From: Kiritimatiellia bacterium
Lineage (GTDB): Bacteria > Verrucomicrobiota > Kiritimatiellia > RFP12 > UBA1067
NCBI GenBank assembly: GCA_045656225.1
Contig: JAZOQU010000022.1
Coordinates: forward strand, 4,732 to 68,731
Direction: 5' to 3'
Length of the DNA: 64,000 nt
Both the position numbers and the translations under genes were made by a program. This document shows, piece by piece, positions 11,255 through 20,636 of the stretch. Position 1 is the stretch's first letter, and the number at the start of each line of letters is the position of its first letter. The notes below the pieces were generated by a model, which saw only the letters and a program-made list of their open reading frames with translations, made no database searches and was not told the origin of the DNA.

Positions 11255-12757
11255 TTACTTCATGATGTCTCTTAAACGGTTTTTAAGCGAGATGACAAGT
11301 TGAGGATTTTTCGCGGCGATGTCGTTCTTCTCTCCCGGATCATCCGCGAGATTGAAAAGCTTTGGCGAACCCTTTTTAGGACAAATAAGCTTCCAGTCGC
11401 CAGACCTGAAGCCTACCGGCCCCCATCCGGGCTGTTCTACAAGCTCCTTGCGCCCGGCGGAAGCGCCGCCTATCATAACATCCTCAAGGTTTACCGAATC
11501 GGGCATTGATCCGTCCGGAACATCGACGCCGAGAATCGCCGCGAGAGTGCGCGAAATGTCAGTCTGCGATAAAAGCGCCGACGACACGCTCCCTGGCTTA
11601 ACCTGTCCCGGCCACGATACGATAAACGGTACGCGCGTTCCACCCTCGTAGCACCCGTATTTCGTGCCGCTGAACGGATGAGCAGGATTGATGCCATCCC
11701 AGGCAGCGCGGGCGCCGTCTTCATAACCGTCGGAAATCCGCGGACCGTTATCACTCGTGAAGATAAAAAGCGTATCGTCGTAGCCGTATTTCTCAAGACT
11801 CGCTCTTATCTGACCGAGCGCGTCATCCATCTCGACAATCTGATCGCCTCTTATTCCGAGATCGGTCTTTCCCTTAAAGCGCTTATGGGGATCGCGAGGC
11901 ACATGCACATCGCTTGTACAAAAATACAGAAACACATTTTCGCCCGCAGAGTCCCTTAAAAAGCAATCGGCCTGGCGGCATAACGTGTCGCTGATATCTT
12001 GATCATTCCAGCATGCGGACTTTCCGCCGCGCATGTGGCCGATGCGTGAAATGCCGTCGATTATCGTTTTATCGTGCTGCCGGTCACTCGGATGAGCCCA
12101 CGCCTTCAGCTGCTCAGGATTCGTCCGGGCCGTGATCTCTCCGTCCCATTTTTCAGGCGCATTGTCATACGATATCTCTATGGGATCTTTAGGATCCAGA
12201 CCGACAACCTCGCCGTTTCGGAGAAAAACGCAAGGCACCCTGTCAGCCGTAGCCGCGAGAATGAACGAATAATCAAAACCAACCTCGTTCGGACCGGGAC
12301 TGATTTTCTTATTCCAATCGGTAGGTTCATCGCCGCACCCTAAGCCAAGATGCCACTTGCCGATAACTCCGGTACGGTAGCCGGATCGGCGCATCATTTC
12401 AGGCAACGTCAGTTTACCTTCACCCGGAAGCGGGAGAATAAGTTTGGCGTCGCCGTCAAGAATCGTAGTACCTGGACGCCTGAAAGCGTATTCACCAGTC
12501 AACAGAGAATAACGGCTGGGTGTACAGACGGATGTCGGACTGTGAGCATCGGTAAACCGGCATCCCTCAGCGGCGAGTTTATCGAGATTCGGACACGGAA
12601 CACGTTTCTGTCCGTATGTTGACGTGTCGGCGTAACCGAGATCGTCCACATAGAAAACAACTACCGCTTTCGGCTTACGACGTCCGGAAACGGCACCGAA
12701 CGACGGCGCGACTGCAACAGCCGACAAAATCGCCAAAAACTCACGTCTATTAATCAT
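11255..12757 (-). CDS. Sulfatase (arylsulfatase family), TAT-exported
   Basis: Twin-arginine signal RREFL and sulfatase signature CTPSRYSLLTGEY (site of formylglycine modification). Confidence 0.85.
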   Translation of the reverse strand: MINRREFLAILSAVAVAPSFGAVSGRRKPKAVVVFYVDDLGYADTSTYGQKRVPCPNLDKLAAEGCRFTDAHSPTSVCTPSRYSLLTGEYAFRRPGTTILDGDAKLILPLPGEGKLTLPEMMRRSGYRTGVIGKWHLGLGCGDEPTDWNKKISPGPNEVGFDYSFILAATADRVPCVFLRNGEVVGLDPKDPIEISYDNAPEKWDGEITARTNPEQLKAWAHPSDRQHDKTIIDGISRIGHMRGGKSACWNDQDISDTLCRQADCFLRDSAGENVFLYFCTSDVHVPRDPHKRFKGKTDLGIRGDQIVEMDDALGQIRASLEKYGYDDTLFIFTSDNGPRISDGYEDGARAAWDGINPAHPFSGTKYGCYEGGTRVPFIVSWPGQVKPGSVSSALLSQTDISRTLAAILGVDVPDGSMPDSVNLEDVMIGGASAGRKELVEQPGWGPVGFRSGDWKLICPKKGSPKLFNLADDPGEKNDIAAKNPQLVISLKNRLRDIMK

Positions 12758-12853
12758 AAAAAAAGAGATATATGAAGGTTGAAGGTGAAGAATGGTGTTT
12801 TGTGTTTTTCTTTAATTGTGCAAGAGAGGCCTGTCACAGAAACAACCTCCCAG

Positions 12854-13960
12854 CTATCCCATAAGATATTTACCAATGAAAGGTATCTTACGTACGATAA
12901 GGCTTACAACTGACGATGAGATAAACGCTACTGCCGCTACTAAGATAACTGCGAGCGGCATCGGTAAAACGCCCTTGAAATACTCACTAACTGGCGCGAG
13001 CGCAATCATGTGGATTAAATACGTTCCATAGCTCGCCTCAGAGAGCGGTACAATCACGCGGCGATAGATCGCTCCATCTGCTGTAAACTTTCTTATAATC
13101 ATAAATAACCCTACGACGGCAGCTGTTACGCCTATTGAGCAATATTCAATGCTCATTTCAAGATCGACAGCCGTAGCGTATGGAGCGCGAACAGGAAAAT
13201 CCCATCCAGGAAGCCTAAAATAAAATCCACCGGCCATAATAGCGAAACCCGCGACGAAAAGCGGTAGCGCTACAGCTAATGTTTTGCTCCAGGATAGTTC
13301 GCCTACGAACTTGCGGAAATAAAGCGCGATTAACATATACCCGAAAAACCCACTCACATACTGGAATGCGCCAAACTCATTCCAAGGGCATTCACCCCAT
13401 AAATATGCTACCGATCCAAAAGACGGCTCTCCAACGAATGCTAACGATAAACGGCGAAGATATGGGAATAGAGTTGTAAATAACCATACGCAAATCCATC
13501 CGCTAATTTCGCGTCTACTCGCCCTTTCAGCCCAAGGCGAGAGAAGCGGCATTAAAAGATATAGACCAATCAGCATCGGCACAAACCAAAGATGGCCCGC
13601 AGCCATCGGAAAATTAAAAGCCACCTCCTTAATATTGCCGCTAAAATGCCATACATAAAAGAGCGACCAGATAATAAACGGTATTAAAATACGCGAAAAT
13701 CTACGGCTGAAAAACCGCCCGGTCTCAACCTTAAGAGGGAATAATAAATAACATGAAGCTATTACGAATAGCGGTACGCACGAGCGCGCAATACCTTCGA
13801 AGAGACAGACCCAAATCGCGTCAGATTTAGTCGCGATACTTAAATCACCATTGGAAAAATCAAGATAATACGGCTCGACCGCGTGAATCAGCATAACCAT
13901 AAAACAGGCTATAAGGCGAAGGTAATCTAAAAATACAATGCGATCCTTTAGTAACTTCAT
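12854..13960 (-). CDS. Acyltransferase family 3 integral membrane protein
   Basis: About 10 TM helices and the N-terminal motif FLDYLRLIACFMVMLIHA typical of acyltransferase_3. Confidence 0.65.
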   Translation of the reverse strand: MKLLKDRIVFLDYLRLIACFMVMLIHAVEPYYLDFSNGDLSIATKSDAIWVCLFEGIARSCVPLFVIASCYLLFPLKVETGRFFSRRFSRILIPFIIWSLFYVWHFSGNIKEVAFNFPMAAGHLWFVPMLIGLYLLMPLLSPWAERASRREISGWICVWLFTTLFPYLRRLSLAFVGEPSFGSVAYLWGECPWNEFGAFQYVSGFFGYMLIALYFRKFVGELSWSKTLAVALPLFVAGFAIMAGGFYFRLPGWDFPVRAPYATAVDLEMSIEYCSIGVTAAVVGLFMIIRKFTADGAIYRRVIVPLSEASYGTYLIHMIALAPVSEYFKGVLPMPLAVILVAAVAFISSSVVSLIVRKIPFIGKYLMG

Positions 13961-14089
13961 CTTTTTTCTCCTATCGTAAAATCAACACCTGACTATAAAA
14001 CAGCAATATTTTCAATCTAAACAGGAGGACTCATATTAAGAGCCCTCCCTGTAGATGCCTTAATGGATAGATATCTGACGATAAAACGC

Positions 14090-16174
14090 TTAGTCAGCCG
14101 TAAAGACATCGTCGAGCCATTCGCGGCGCATATTCTCAACGATGAAGTTGATATTGAGCATCTTCTCGCCGACGGCATCGTAAGTCTCGAGAACCTCGTC
14201 TTCGGTCATAGCCGGCTTAATCTTCTTAAGATACGGAGTAATCGAATCTACGAGGGGCTTAACCTTAGCGAGATAGAACTTCTGGTCACCGAGCTCGGGG
14301 TCGGACCACTTTTCGATATAACCGTTCTCGCGCGGTGAACAAGACGCGTTAAAGATGTTCCTACCCTTAATAAGGAGCTTACGCTTAATAACAGCCATAG
14401 CCGCCTTATCAAAGCCAGTAAACTTCATCTCAGCGAACGAGGAGCGCGAGTGAACGGTCGTCGAACCGCCGAGACTGTAACCGCCCTTCATCCAGTTGAT
14501 GAACTCGACATACCAAGCGGGTGTCTTATCGCTCGGGATCGAAGCGAAGACGAGTTCCCACGGGAATGTAATGAGCGAGGCTACGCCATCATCAAGATAT
14601 ACGGTATCGATTCTAATGTTGTTCCTGTTAGCGCGATGACCCGTAAAGTTATCGTACTGAGTTAAGAACGAAGCATCCATCTTACCACCTTCTTTAGGCG
14701 AGAACATAAGGCAGTGATAAGGTGAATCAATACCCGTAGCGACATAAGACTCAAATCCGGGAACGCCAGCGAAGCCGTTCTTAACATCATTAATATTATC
14801 GAGGAAGAGTCTCAAAATCATTCTTACGCCCTCACCGTCAGCATACGCGAAGAACTCGGTCGGGCGGAACTTAGCTCCATCATCAACCGTCATCTCGCGT
14901 CCAGTAAGCGCCGCGTCAGTTTCGATAAGGAACTTAAGATTGTCGCCGTACTTCAAATTAAGAAGACCCTTCTTAGCCTTGGCGTAAACGAGAGAGTCAA
15001 CTACGCTCTTAACGTCGCGCGGCGCATCCGCCCACCAAAAGCACTCCGTCTTAACCTGCTTACGCGCAGGAACGACCTTCTCACGCATAGCGAGAACTTT
15101 GCGAAGAGCCTTCTCGTTATGCTTCTTATTGAGCTGTTTAGCGACATCCGAAAGGAACTTCGCGTACTCTACCTTATCGCCCTTCTTATTGATCGACTCG
15201 AGATAATCCTCAGCGATGTCATCAGCATCAGAATAATCTTCGACCGCGTCAACTATCGCGACAAAGCGCTTCGCCTGAACTAAAGCGTTGTCAATGCGCT
15301 TTTGAGCGTGGGGATCCTTAACTGTAATGGGATTAGCGATAAATTCTTTAGCGAACTTATACGTGTAAGAGGCGAGATAGTCGTAATTCGCAGCATAACT
15401 AAAGAGCTGCTGGCTCGTAGGACGCCTCTTGTCAGTGCGCTTAATAAAGAATTCAATCAACTCCTTACGACCCTTAACCGTAGCCGTATAACCCTGGGGA
15501 TTCCAGGTAACGGCGAGATTATTAAATACGGCGAAAAGCGCGTCGGAATTGGGATTAAGCTTAAGGTTATCATCAAGCATCTTCTCAATCTTGGCGAACA
15601 TATCCTTACCGTACGTAGCGTTGCAGAATTTCACATAGTCCGCGGCAAGACCATAGCCATAACCGTGAGGAGCCTTAGCCTTGGCAAAAAGAGCGCTAAA
15701 ATAGGCTTCGTCCTTTTTAGGGGCGGGCTTAGCCGCTGGATCAGGCATCGGCTCAACGCTCGTAATGCGCTTAACCTCAGCGAGTTTCGCCGCGGCTAAA
15801 TCGCGATCAGCACCCTGGAGATTAAGATTCTTAATCGGATATTCCACGGCTGCGATCGCCGCGTTCACATCGCGCGTCGCTTCGAGATGACACCTCGCGA
15901 TCTGGCGGCAGATCTCGATCTTCTCTCTCGGAAGATAAATATCCTTCTGAAGTTCCTCTTCGAGCTTTTTTAGCGCGGCATCAATGTCGTTGTGCCAATA
16001 GTTGGCGAAGCCACCCTTGAAGTTCTTGCTTATAAGGGCGTCGGTAGACTTTTTAAGTGCCCACCAAGCTTCCTGGCTAGCCTTAACGGGATTGACCTTT
16101 TTAGGCGCGGGCGCGGGAGCTGCCACAACCGCAAGAGCCGTCAATACAGAAAATACAAACATCAACTTTTTCAT
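14090..16174 (-). CDS. Hypothetical secreted protein (694 aa)
   Basis: Long ORF with a good signal peptide (MKKLMFVFSVLTALAVVAAPAPAP). No recognisable catalytic motif. Confidence 0.5.
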   Translation of the reverse strand: MKKLMFVFSVLTALAVVAAPAPAPKKVNPVKASQEAWWALKKSTDALISKNFKGGFANYWHNDIDAALKKLEEELQKDIYLPREKIEICRQIARCHLEATRDVNAAIAAVEYPIKNLNLQGADRDLAAAKLAEVKRITSVEPMPDPAAKPAPKKDEAYFSALFAKAKAPHGYGYGLAADYVKFCNATYGKDMFAKIEKMLDDNLKLNPNSDALFAVFNNLAVTWNPQGYTATVKGRKELIEFFIKRTDKRRPTSQQLFSYAANYDYLASYTYKFAKEFIANPITVKDPHAQKRIDNALVQAKRFVAIVDAVEDYSDADDIAEDYLESINKKGDKVEYAKFLSDVAKQLNKKHNEKALRKVLAMREKVVPARKQVKTECFWWADAPRDVKSVVDSLVYAKAKKGLLNLKYGDNLKFLIETDAALTGREMTVDDGAKFRPTEFFAYADGEGVRMILRLFLDNINDVKNGFAGVPGFESYVATGIDSPYHCLMFSPKEGGKMDASFLTQYDNFTGHRANRNNIRIDTVYLDDGVASLITFPWELVFASIPSDKTPAWYVEFINWMKGGYSLGGSTTVHSRSSFAEMKFTGFDKAAMAVIKRKLLIKGRNIFNASCSPRENGYIEKWSDPELGDQKFYLAKVKPLVDSITPYLKKIKPAMTEDEVLETYDAVGEKMLNINFIVENMRREWLDDVFTAD

Positions 16175-16193
16175 TTTTCAAACTCCTTTATTC

Positions 16194-18026
16194 TTACTTA
16201 CCGAGGGCCTTGCGCATTTCCATAATATAGCGAATCATCTCAAGTCGAGCGAGATTTAAATCTACAGACTCGCGATTGAGCATCGCCAAATACATAAGCG
16301 ACTTCTTAGCCGTGATGCGCGCGTCAACATCGCCCTTCTCTAAGCACTCGTCAGCGAGCTGCTTAAGATACGTACCATAGCGGATATCGTCACAAGCTTC
16401 GCGGAAGCCCGCGTACTGAATCGTCTCCATAAGACCCTGAGAGTTGGCGTAAGTTACGACCATCGGGCGATAAAGAACCGCGTAAAGATCGTTAAAATTA
16501 CCGATCGCGAACTCATAGTTAAACGACATAGTAGCGCCATTAAGCCAGCCTAAAAGACCGTGCTGACGACGCGTGAACTGGGGGTTCTCGCTGCCAGTAT
16601 GCTGACAAGCGTAAAAGCCGAGGTAATCAGCACCGATTTCGCGCCAAGGACGCGTAGACTCGTACATATTGTCAGGGCGAGAGCCAATAGGCTGGAACGA
16701 ATAAGCGTATCCTCCCTTATAAAGCAATGCTCCGTGACCCGCGCAACCTAAATGAATACCATACTTCTCATATTCGCGGAACATTTCGCGGTGAGCCGTA
16801 ACGAAGGCAGTACCCTGTTCATCGCCGTGAGGACAAAGAATAGTCGCGCCAGGGAAGTGCTTAGAATAATACTCGTGACACTTTTTAGCGCCCTTCTTAG
16901 CGTCCATAACATTCTGCCAGCTCATGCGACCGCCGAAGTTAAGCGCGTACCAGGGGACGAGGGGACTACCCATAACCACGTCGAGAGGAAATCCGATTTC
17001 CTTAAGCATCGGAATGCACCACTCATTGCTGCCGTTAAAGTAGGGAGCGTGGAACATGGAGTGATCGTAGAGAGACTGAAGCTGCTGCTTAAAATACTTC
17101 ATAGCCTTTTCTTTATCACCACCTAAATTAGCGGTAATGCGACCTATAGACGGCATAGCGCCCATGCACGAATGAACGTACGAAACCTTAGGATTAAGGT
17201 AGCCCTTAGGGAACGGAAGCTCGAATGGAAGAACCTTAACAGCTAAGGGAACAGTGTGAAGGAGCTTACCCTTGCGAGTAACCTTAACTACGCCCTTGTA
17301 AACGCCAGGCTTTTGATCCTTGGCGGCCTTGATCGTAAGGAAGAACTGTTTAAAGGAATTCTTCTCGAGTTTTACCGGCTGAAGCTTATCGGCATCAACA
17401 AAGCCCTCGTCGTACTGATTAAACGATCCCGCGCCTGATTCAGCAGTACGAGGAGCCGTAATCCATAAGAACTTATCCTTGCCGTCATTGCGAACGCGCG
17501 CATAGTTGGCAGGCTCTTCGTCCTTTACGACCTTAATAAGATTTTCATCATGAAGAAGAAGCTCCGGGGTAAGCTTAAGACCAACGTCCTCGAAGTAACT
17601 GACCCAACCGTTGCCGTTCTGGAACCAAAGCTTAACGACGCGAAGATCATTCTCAAGCTTAAGATCTACGTCCAACTCTACATTTTCAAGATTCTTAAAT
17701 GAGAAAAGCTGGAATGAGCAAGCTTCAAATTCACCCTTGGCGAGAACAGTCTTAACGGTACCGTTGAACTGACCATCCTCAGGCCAAGTATCTTCTAAAC
17801 GCATAAGTTCGCTCATCGCGGGAACTGCGAAGTGAACGACATCACCCTCGCCCTTCATAGCCTTAATGCGCTCGGCATTAACCTTCTTAAGCTCCTCAGC
17901 GCGCTCACGCTGAGAATGCCAAACGGATCTATCGACTCTAACCTCGGAGTCGGCAAACGCCGCGCACACCGTCAACTGCATAAAAAGCGCCGAAAGTGCT
18001 ACAGTTTTCAACGAACTTACATTCAT
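16194..18026 (-). CDS. Hypothetical secreted protein, possibly glycoside-hydrolase-like
   Basis: 610 aa with a signal peptide. The function guess is weak. Confidence 0.45.
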   Translation of the reverse strand: MNVSSLKTVALSALFMQLTVCAAFADSEVRVDRSVWHSQRERAEELKKVNAERIKAMKGEGDVVHFAVPAMSELMRLEDTWPEDGQFNGTVKTVLAKGEFEACSFQLFSFKNLENVELDVDLKLENDLRVVKLWFQNGNGWVSYFEDVGLKLTPELLLHDENLIKVVKDEEPANYARVRNDGKDKFLWITAPRTAESGAGSFNQYDEGFVDADKLQPVKLEKNSFKQFFLTIKAAKDQKPGVYKGVVKVTRKGKLLHTVPLAVKVLPFELPFPKGYLNPKVSYVHSCMGAMPSIGRITANLGGDKEKAMKYFKQQLQSLYDHSMFHAPYFNGSNEWCIPMLKEIGFPLDVVMGSPLVPWYALNFGGRMSWQNVMDAKKGAKKCHEYYSKHFPGATILCPHGDEQGTAFVTAHREMFREYEKYGIHLGCAGHGALLYKGGYAYSFQPIGSRPDNMYESTRPWREIGADYLGFYACQHTGSENPQFTRRQHGLLGWLNGATMSFNYEFAIGNFNDLYAVLYRPMVVTYANSQGLMETIQYAGFREACDDIRYGTYLKQLADECLEKGDVDARITAKKSLMYLAMLNRESVDLNLARLEMIRYIMEMRKALGK

Positions 18027-18229
18027 ATGTTTTCCTTTAATTTCGAATATCTTTTCTCTATTTGTAATGATTTAACCGCCTTTAAAACCGACTAAATAAA
18101 AACGTCCGTTGATTTTACTATAAATCGGCGCTTAAATGCAATGAAATTCCTAAGATTTAATGTTTCAGTTGACTGCATGTCTGTGAATAAGATATACTTC
18201 TGTTGGAAAATATCGGCAGAATCGGCAAT

Positions 18230-18928
18230 ATGAAAAAGAACAGAATAAAAGCGGTCATTATTTTAAGCGGCGGTCAGGATTCCGCGATATGTCTTGCGCT
18301 TGCGGTAAAAAAATACGGAGCCGCAGCCGTAGCGGCAATCACCTTTGAATATTCTCAACGCCATGCCGTTGAGACGCAGTACGCTTCAAGACTTGCCAAA
18401 CATTTCAACATTGCCGAACATAAGATCGTCGTTCTTGATTTTTACCGCGAACTCACCACTAACGCCCTTATGACGCCCGGCGCTAAAATCACCCGCGCTA
18501 AAAACGCGAAATGCCCAACGACCGTTGTAGAGGGGAGAAACGCTTTTTTCCTCCTGGCCGCTGCCGTATGGGCCAAGAGCCTCGGTGCGACGATAATATA
18601 CACGGGGGTTTCCGAAGCGGATTTCTCGGGCTATCCCGACTGCCGCAATGACTTTATAAAGGCCCAGCAGAAATCCATGCGCCTTGCACTCGACTGGCCC
18701 GTAAAAATCGAGACGCCCTTCATGCGCAAAACCAAAGCCGAAGAATGGGCGATCGCCGACAAACTCGGAATTATAGACCTCGTCAAAAACGAAACGGTAA
18801 CATGCTACAACGGGGTTCCCGGCGAAGGGTGCAAAAAATGCCCCGCCTGCAAATTACGCAACCGGGGCCTTAAGGAATTTGAAAAGTCGCGCGCTCTTAC
18901 TTCAAAAGCGCGGCGCGGCCGAGGCTGA
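18230..18928 (+). CDS. queC: 7-cyano-7-deazaguanine synthase
   Basis: SGGQDS PP-loop motif and a C-terminal zinc motif CxxC...CKKCPAC. The ORF track starts at TTG 18203; the ATG at 18230 (MKKNR) is the likelier start. Confidence 0.85.
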   Translation: MKKNRIKAVIILSGGQDSAICLALAVKKYGAAAVAAITFEYSQRHAVETQYASRLAKHFNIAEHKIVVLDFYRELTTNALMTPGAKITRAKNAKCPTTVVEGRNAFFLLAAAVWAKSLGATIIYTGVSEADFSGYPDCRNDFIKAQQKSMRLALDWPVKIETPFMRKTKAEEWAIADKLGIIDLVKNETVTCYNGVPGEGCKKCPACKLRNRGLKEFEKSRALTSKARRGRG

Positions 18929-19499
18929 ACGCCTTCTTGTTGATTTCAAGAAGCTTGGCTTTAGGACCGGAGAGAAGTTCCTCCATGGCCTGAAACCACT
19001 GGCCCTCTTCAAACGGACAGTACACGGAAAGCGCACCCGCGATGACCATATTCATCGTCCGCGGATTGCCGACTTCCTCCGTCGCGATTTTCATCGCATC
19101 AAGAAGCTTCAGATCCGCGATGGCGCCCTTGACGCGCTCGTCGAGATTTTCAACATCTGACTGCTGTCCCGACGAAACCGTAACCGGAACGAGATACATG
19201 TCGTTGACGATAGCGCGACCGCCTTCAGCAAGCAAGGACGCGCAGCGAAGAGCCTCAAGCTTATCGAAGCTAACAAGGATGTCGGTCGTGCCCTGCTGGA
19301 TAATCGGAGAGGCGACGCTCTCGCCGAAACGCACCTGGCTGCTGACGCTGCCGCCGCGCTGGGCCATGCCGTGAATCTCGCTCTTTTTTACGTCCATACC
19401 GGCGATGGCGGCCGTCTTCGCGAGAATGTCCGCGGTTAGAATGATACCCTGACCGCCGACGCCCACCAATGAAACATTAACAGTCTTCATCTCAAACAC
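18897..19499 (-). CDS. iorB: Indolepyruvate/2-oxoacid:ferredoxin oxidoreductase beta/gamma-type subunit (IorB-like)
   Basis: VGVGGQGIILTADIL ... SEIHGMAQRGGSV matches the IorB/PorG family. No iorA is adjacent. Confidence 0.6.
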   Translation of the reverse strand: MFEMKTVNVSLVGVGGQGIILTADILAKTAAIAGMDVKKSEIHGMAQRGGSVSSQVRFGESVASPIIQQGTTDILVSFDKLEALRCASLLAEGGRAIVNDMYLVPVTVSSGQQSDVENLDERVKGAIADLKLLDAMKIATEEVGNPRTMNMVIAGALSVYCPFEEGQWFQAMEELLSGPKAKLLEINKKAFSLGRAALLK

Positions 19500-19707
19500 G
19501 CTCTACGGTGATTTCAGGATCGATTTCTCTAAGACCGACTTCGATGCCCTGCTTGAGAGTCATCATCGCGAACGGGCAGCTGCCGCAATGTCCCACGAGT
19601 TTAAGATAAACGGTCTTGCCTTCAATTTTAACGAGTTCGAGATCGCCGCCGTCCGCCTGAAGGCCAACGCGCAATTCATCAAGTTTCGCTTTTATCTGTT
19701 CTTCCAT
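19492..19707 (-). CDS. NifU-like (Nfu-type) Fe-S cluster domain protein
   Basis: 71 aa with the CGSCP motif of NifU C-terminal domains. 8-bp overlap with the iorB-like gene. Confidence 0.55.
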   Translation of the reverse strand: MEEQIKAKLDELRVGLQADGGDLELVKIEGKTVYLKLVGHCGSCPFAMMTLKQGIEVGLREIDPEITVERV

Positions 19708-19807
19708 TTCTTCTCCTTGAATAAAACCAATGACGGTTGATGTCGGTTATTATATCATTTTTTTAACATATAGGTATGTTGCAATTATTATTAATCGGCA
19801 TGGCAAA

Positions 19808-20611
19808 TCAATCGGTGAGACCATCAAGCGCATTTAAATCTATCACGCCTTCAAAAACTTTTTTAACGGGCCCGGTAAGCGTAACGCGCGAAAATTTACC
19901 GTCGTCGAAAATCCCATCGACGGTTAGATCGTAACCATGAACGGTTTTGACGTGAACGGGGAATACGAGCCCGTAATCCCGAACCCCGATCACGCAAGCC
20001 GATACGGCTCCTGTGCCGCATGCGCCGGTCTCGGCCTCCACTCCACGTTCATACGTCCTTATGTGCACGGAATTCGGCTTTTTATAGCAGACAAAATCCA
20101 CATTCGTTCCTGACGGAGCGAACTCATCACTCATTCTAATTGACATCCCTTCTCTCGCAATGTCCACCTTGGCGAGATTTTCAACCGGAACTATCTTATG
20201 AGGAACTCCGACAACGACAAAATCATTGCGGAAGTCTTTAGGTTCCGGCATCACTATCTTAACAAGATTGCCGTTGAGAACCTCCGCGTCTATCACACCT
20301 GCCGCCGTCTCAAAGCGCATGGAGTCACATCCGACGGCTCCCGTTTCACGGGCGAACGCCGCTATACATCTTGCTCCGTTGCCGCAAAGTTCAGCCTCTG
20401 TTCCGTCGGGATTAAAAAACATCATCCTGAAATCGTAAATCTCCGATTTCTGAAGAATTATCACTCCTTCACACCCTATGCCGACATGTTGCGACGCCAT
20501 CATCGCAATGCGGCGGTGATCGTGAACAGGAAACTTCTCATCACGGTCATCAATTAAAATAAAATCATTCCCGGCACCGTGCATCTTTGTGAATTTCACC
20601 ATATTCATCAC
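19808..20611 (-). CDS. dapF: Diaminopimelate epimerase
   Basis: FTKMHGAGNDFIL N-terminal motif and a second catalytic Cys region (GACGTGAVSA). Confidence 0.85.
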   Translation of the reverse strand: MMNMVKFTKMHGAGNDFILIDDRDEKFPVHDHRRIAMMASQHVGIGCEGVIILQKSEIYDFRMMFFNPDGTEAELCGNGARCIAAFARETGAVGCDSMRFETAAGVIDAEVLNGNLVKIVMPEPKDFRNDFVVVGVPHKIVPVENLAKVDIAREGMSIRMSDEFAPSGTNVDFVCYKKPNSVHIRTYERGVEAETGACGTGAVSACVIGVRDYGLVFPVHVKTVHGYDLTVDGIFDDGKFSRVTLTGPVKKVFEGVIDLNALDGLTD

Positions 20612-20636
20612 CCCTCCCGCAAAAGAATAAACATGC

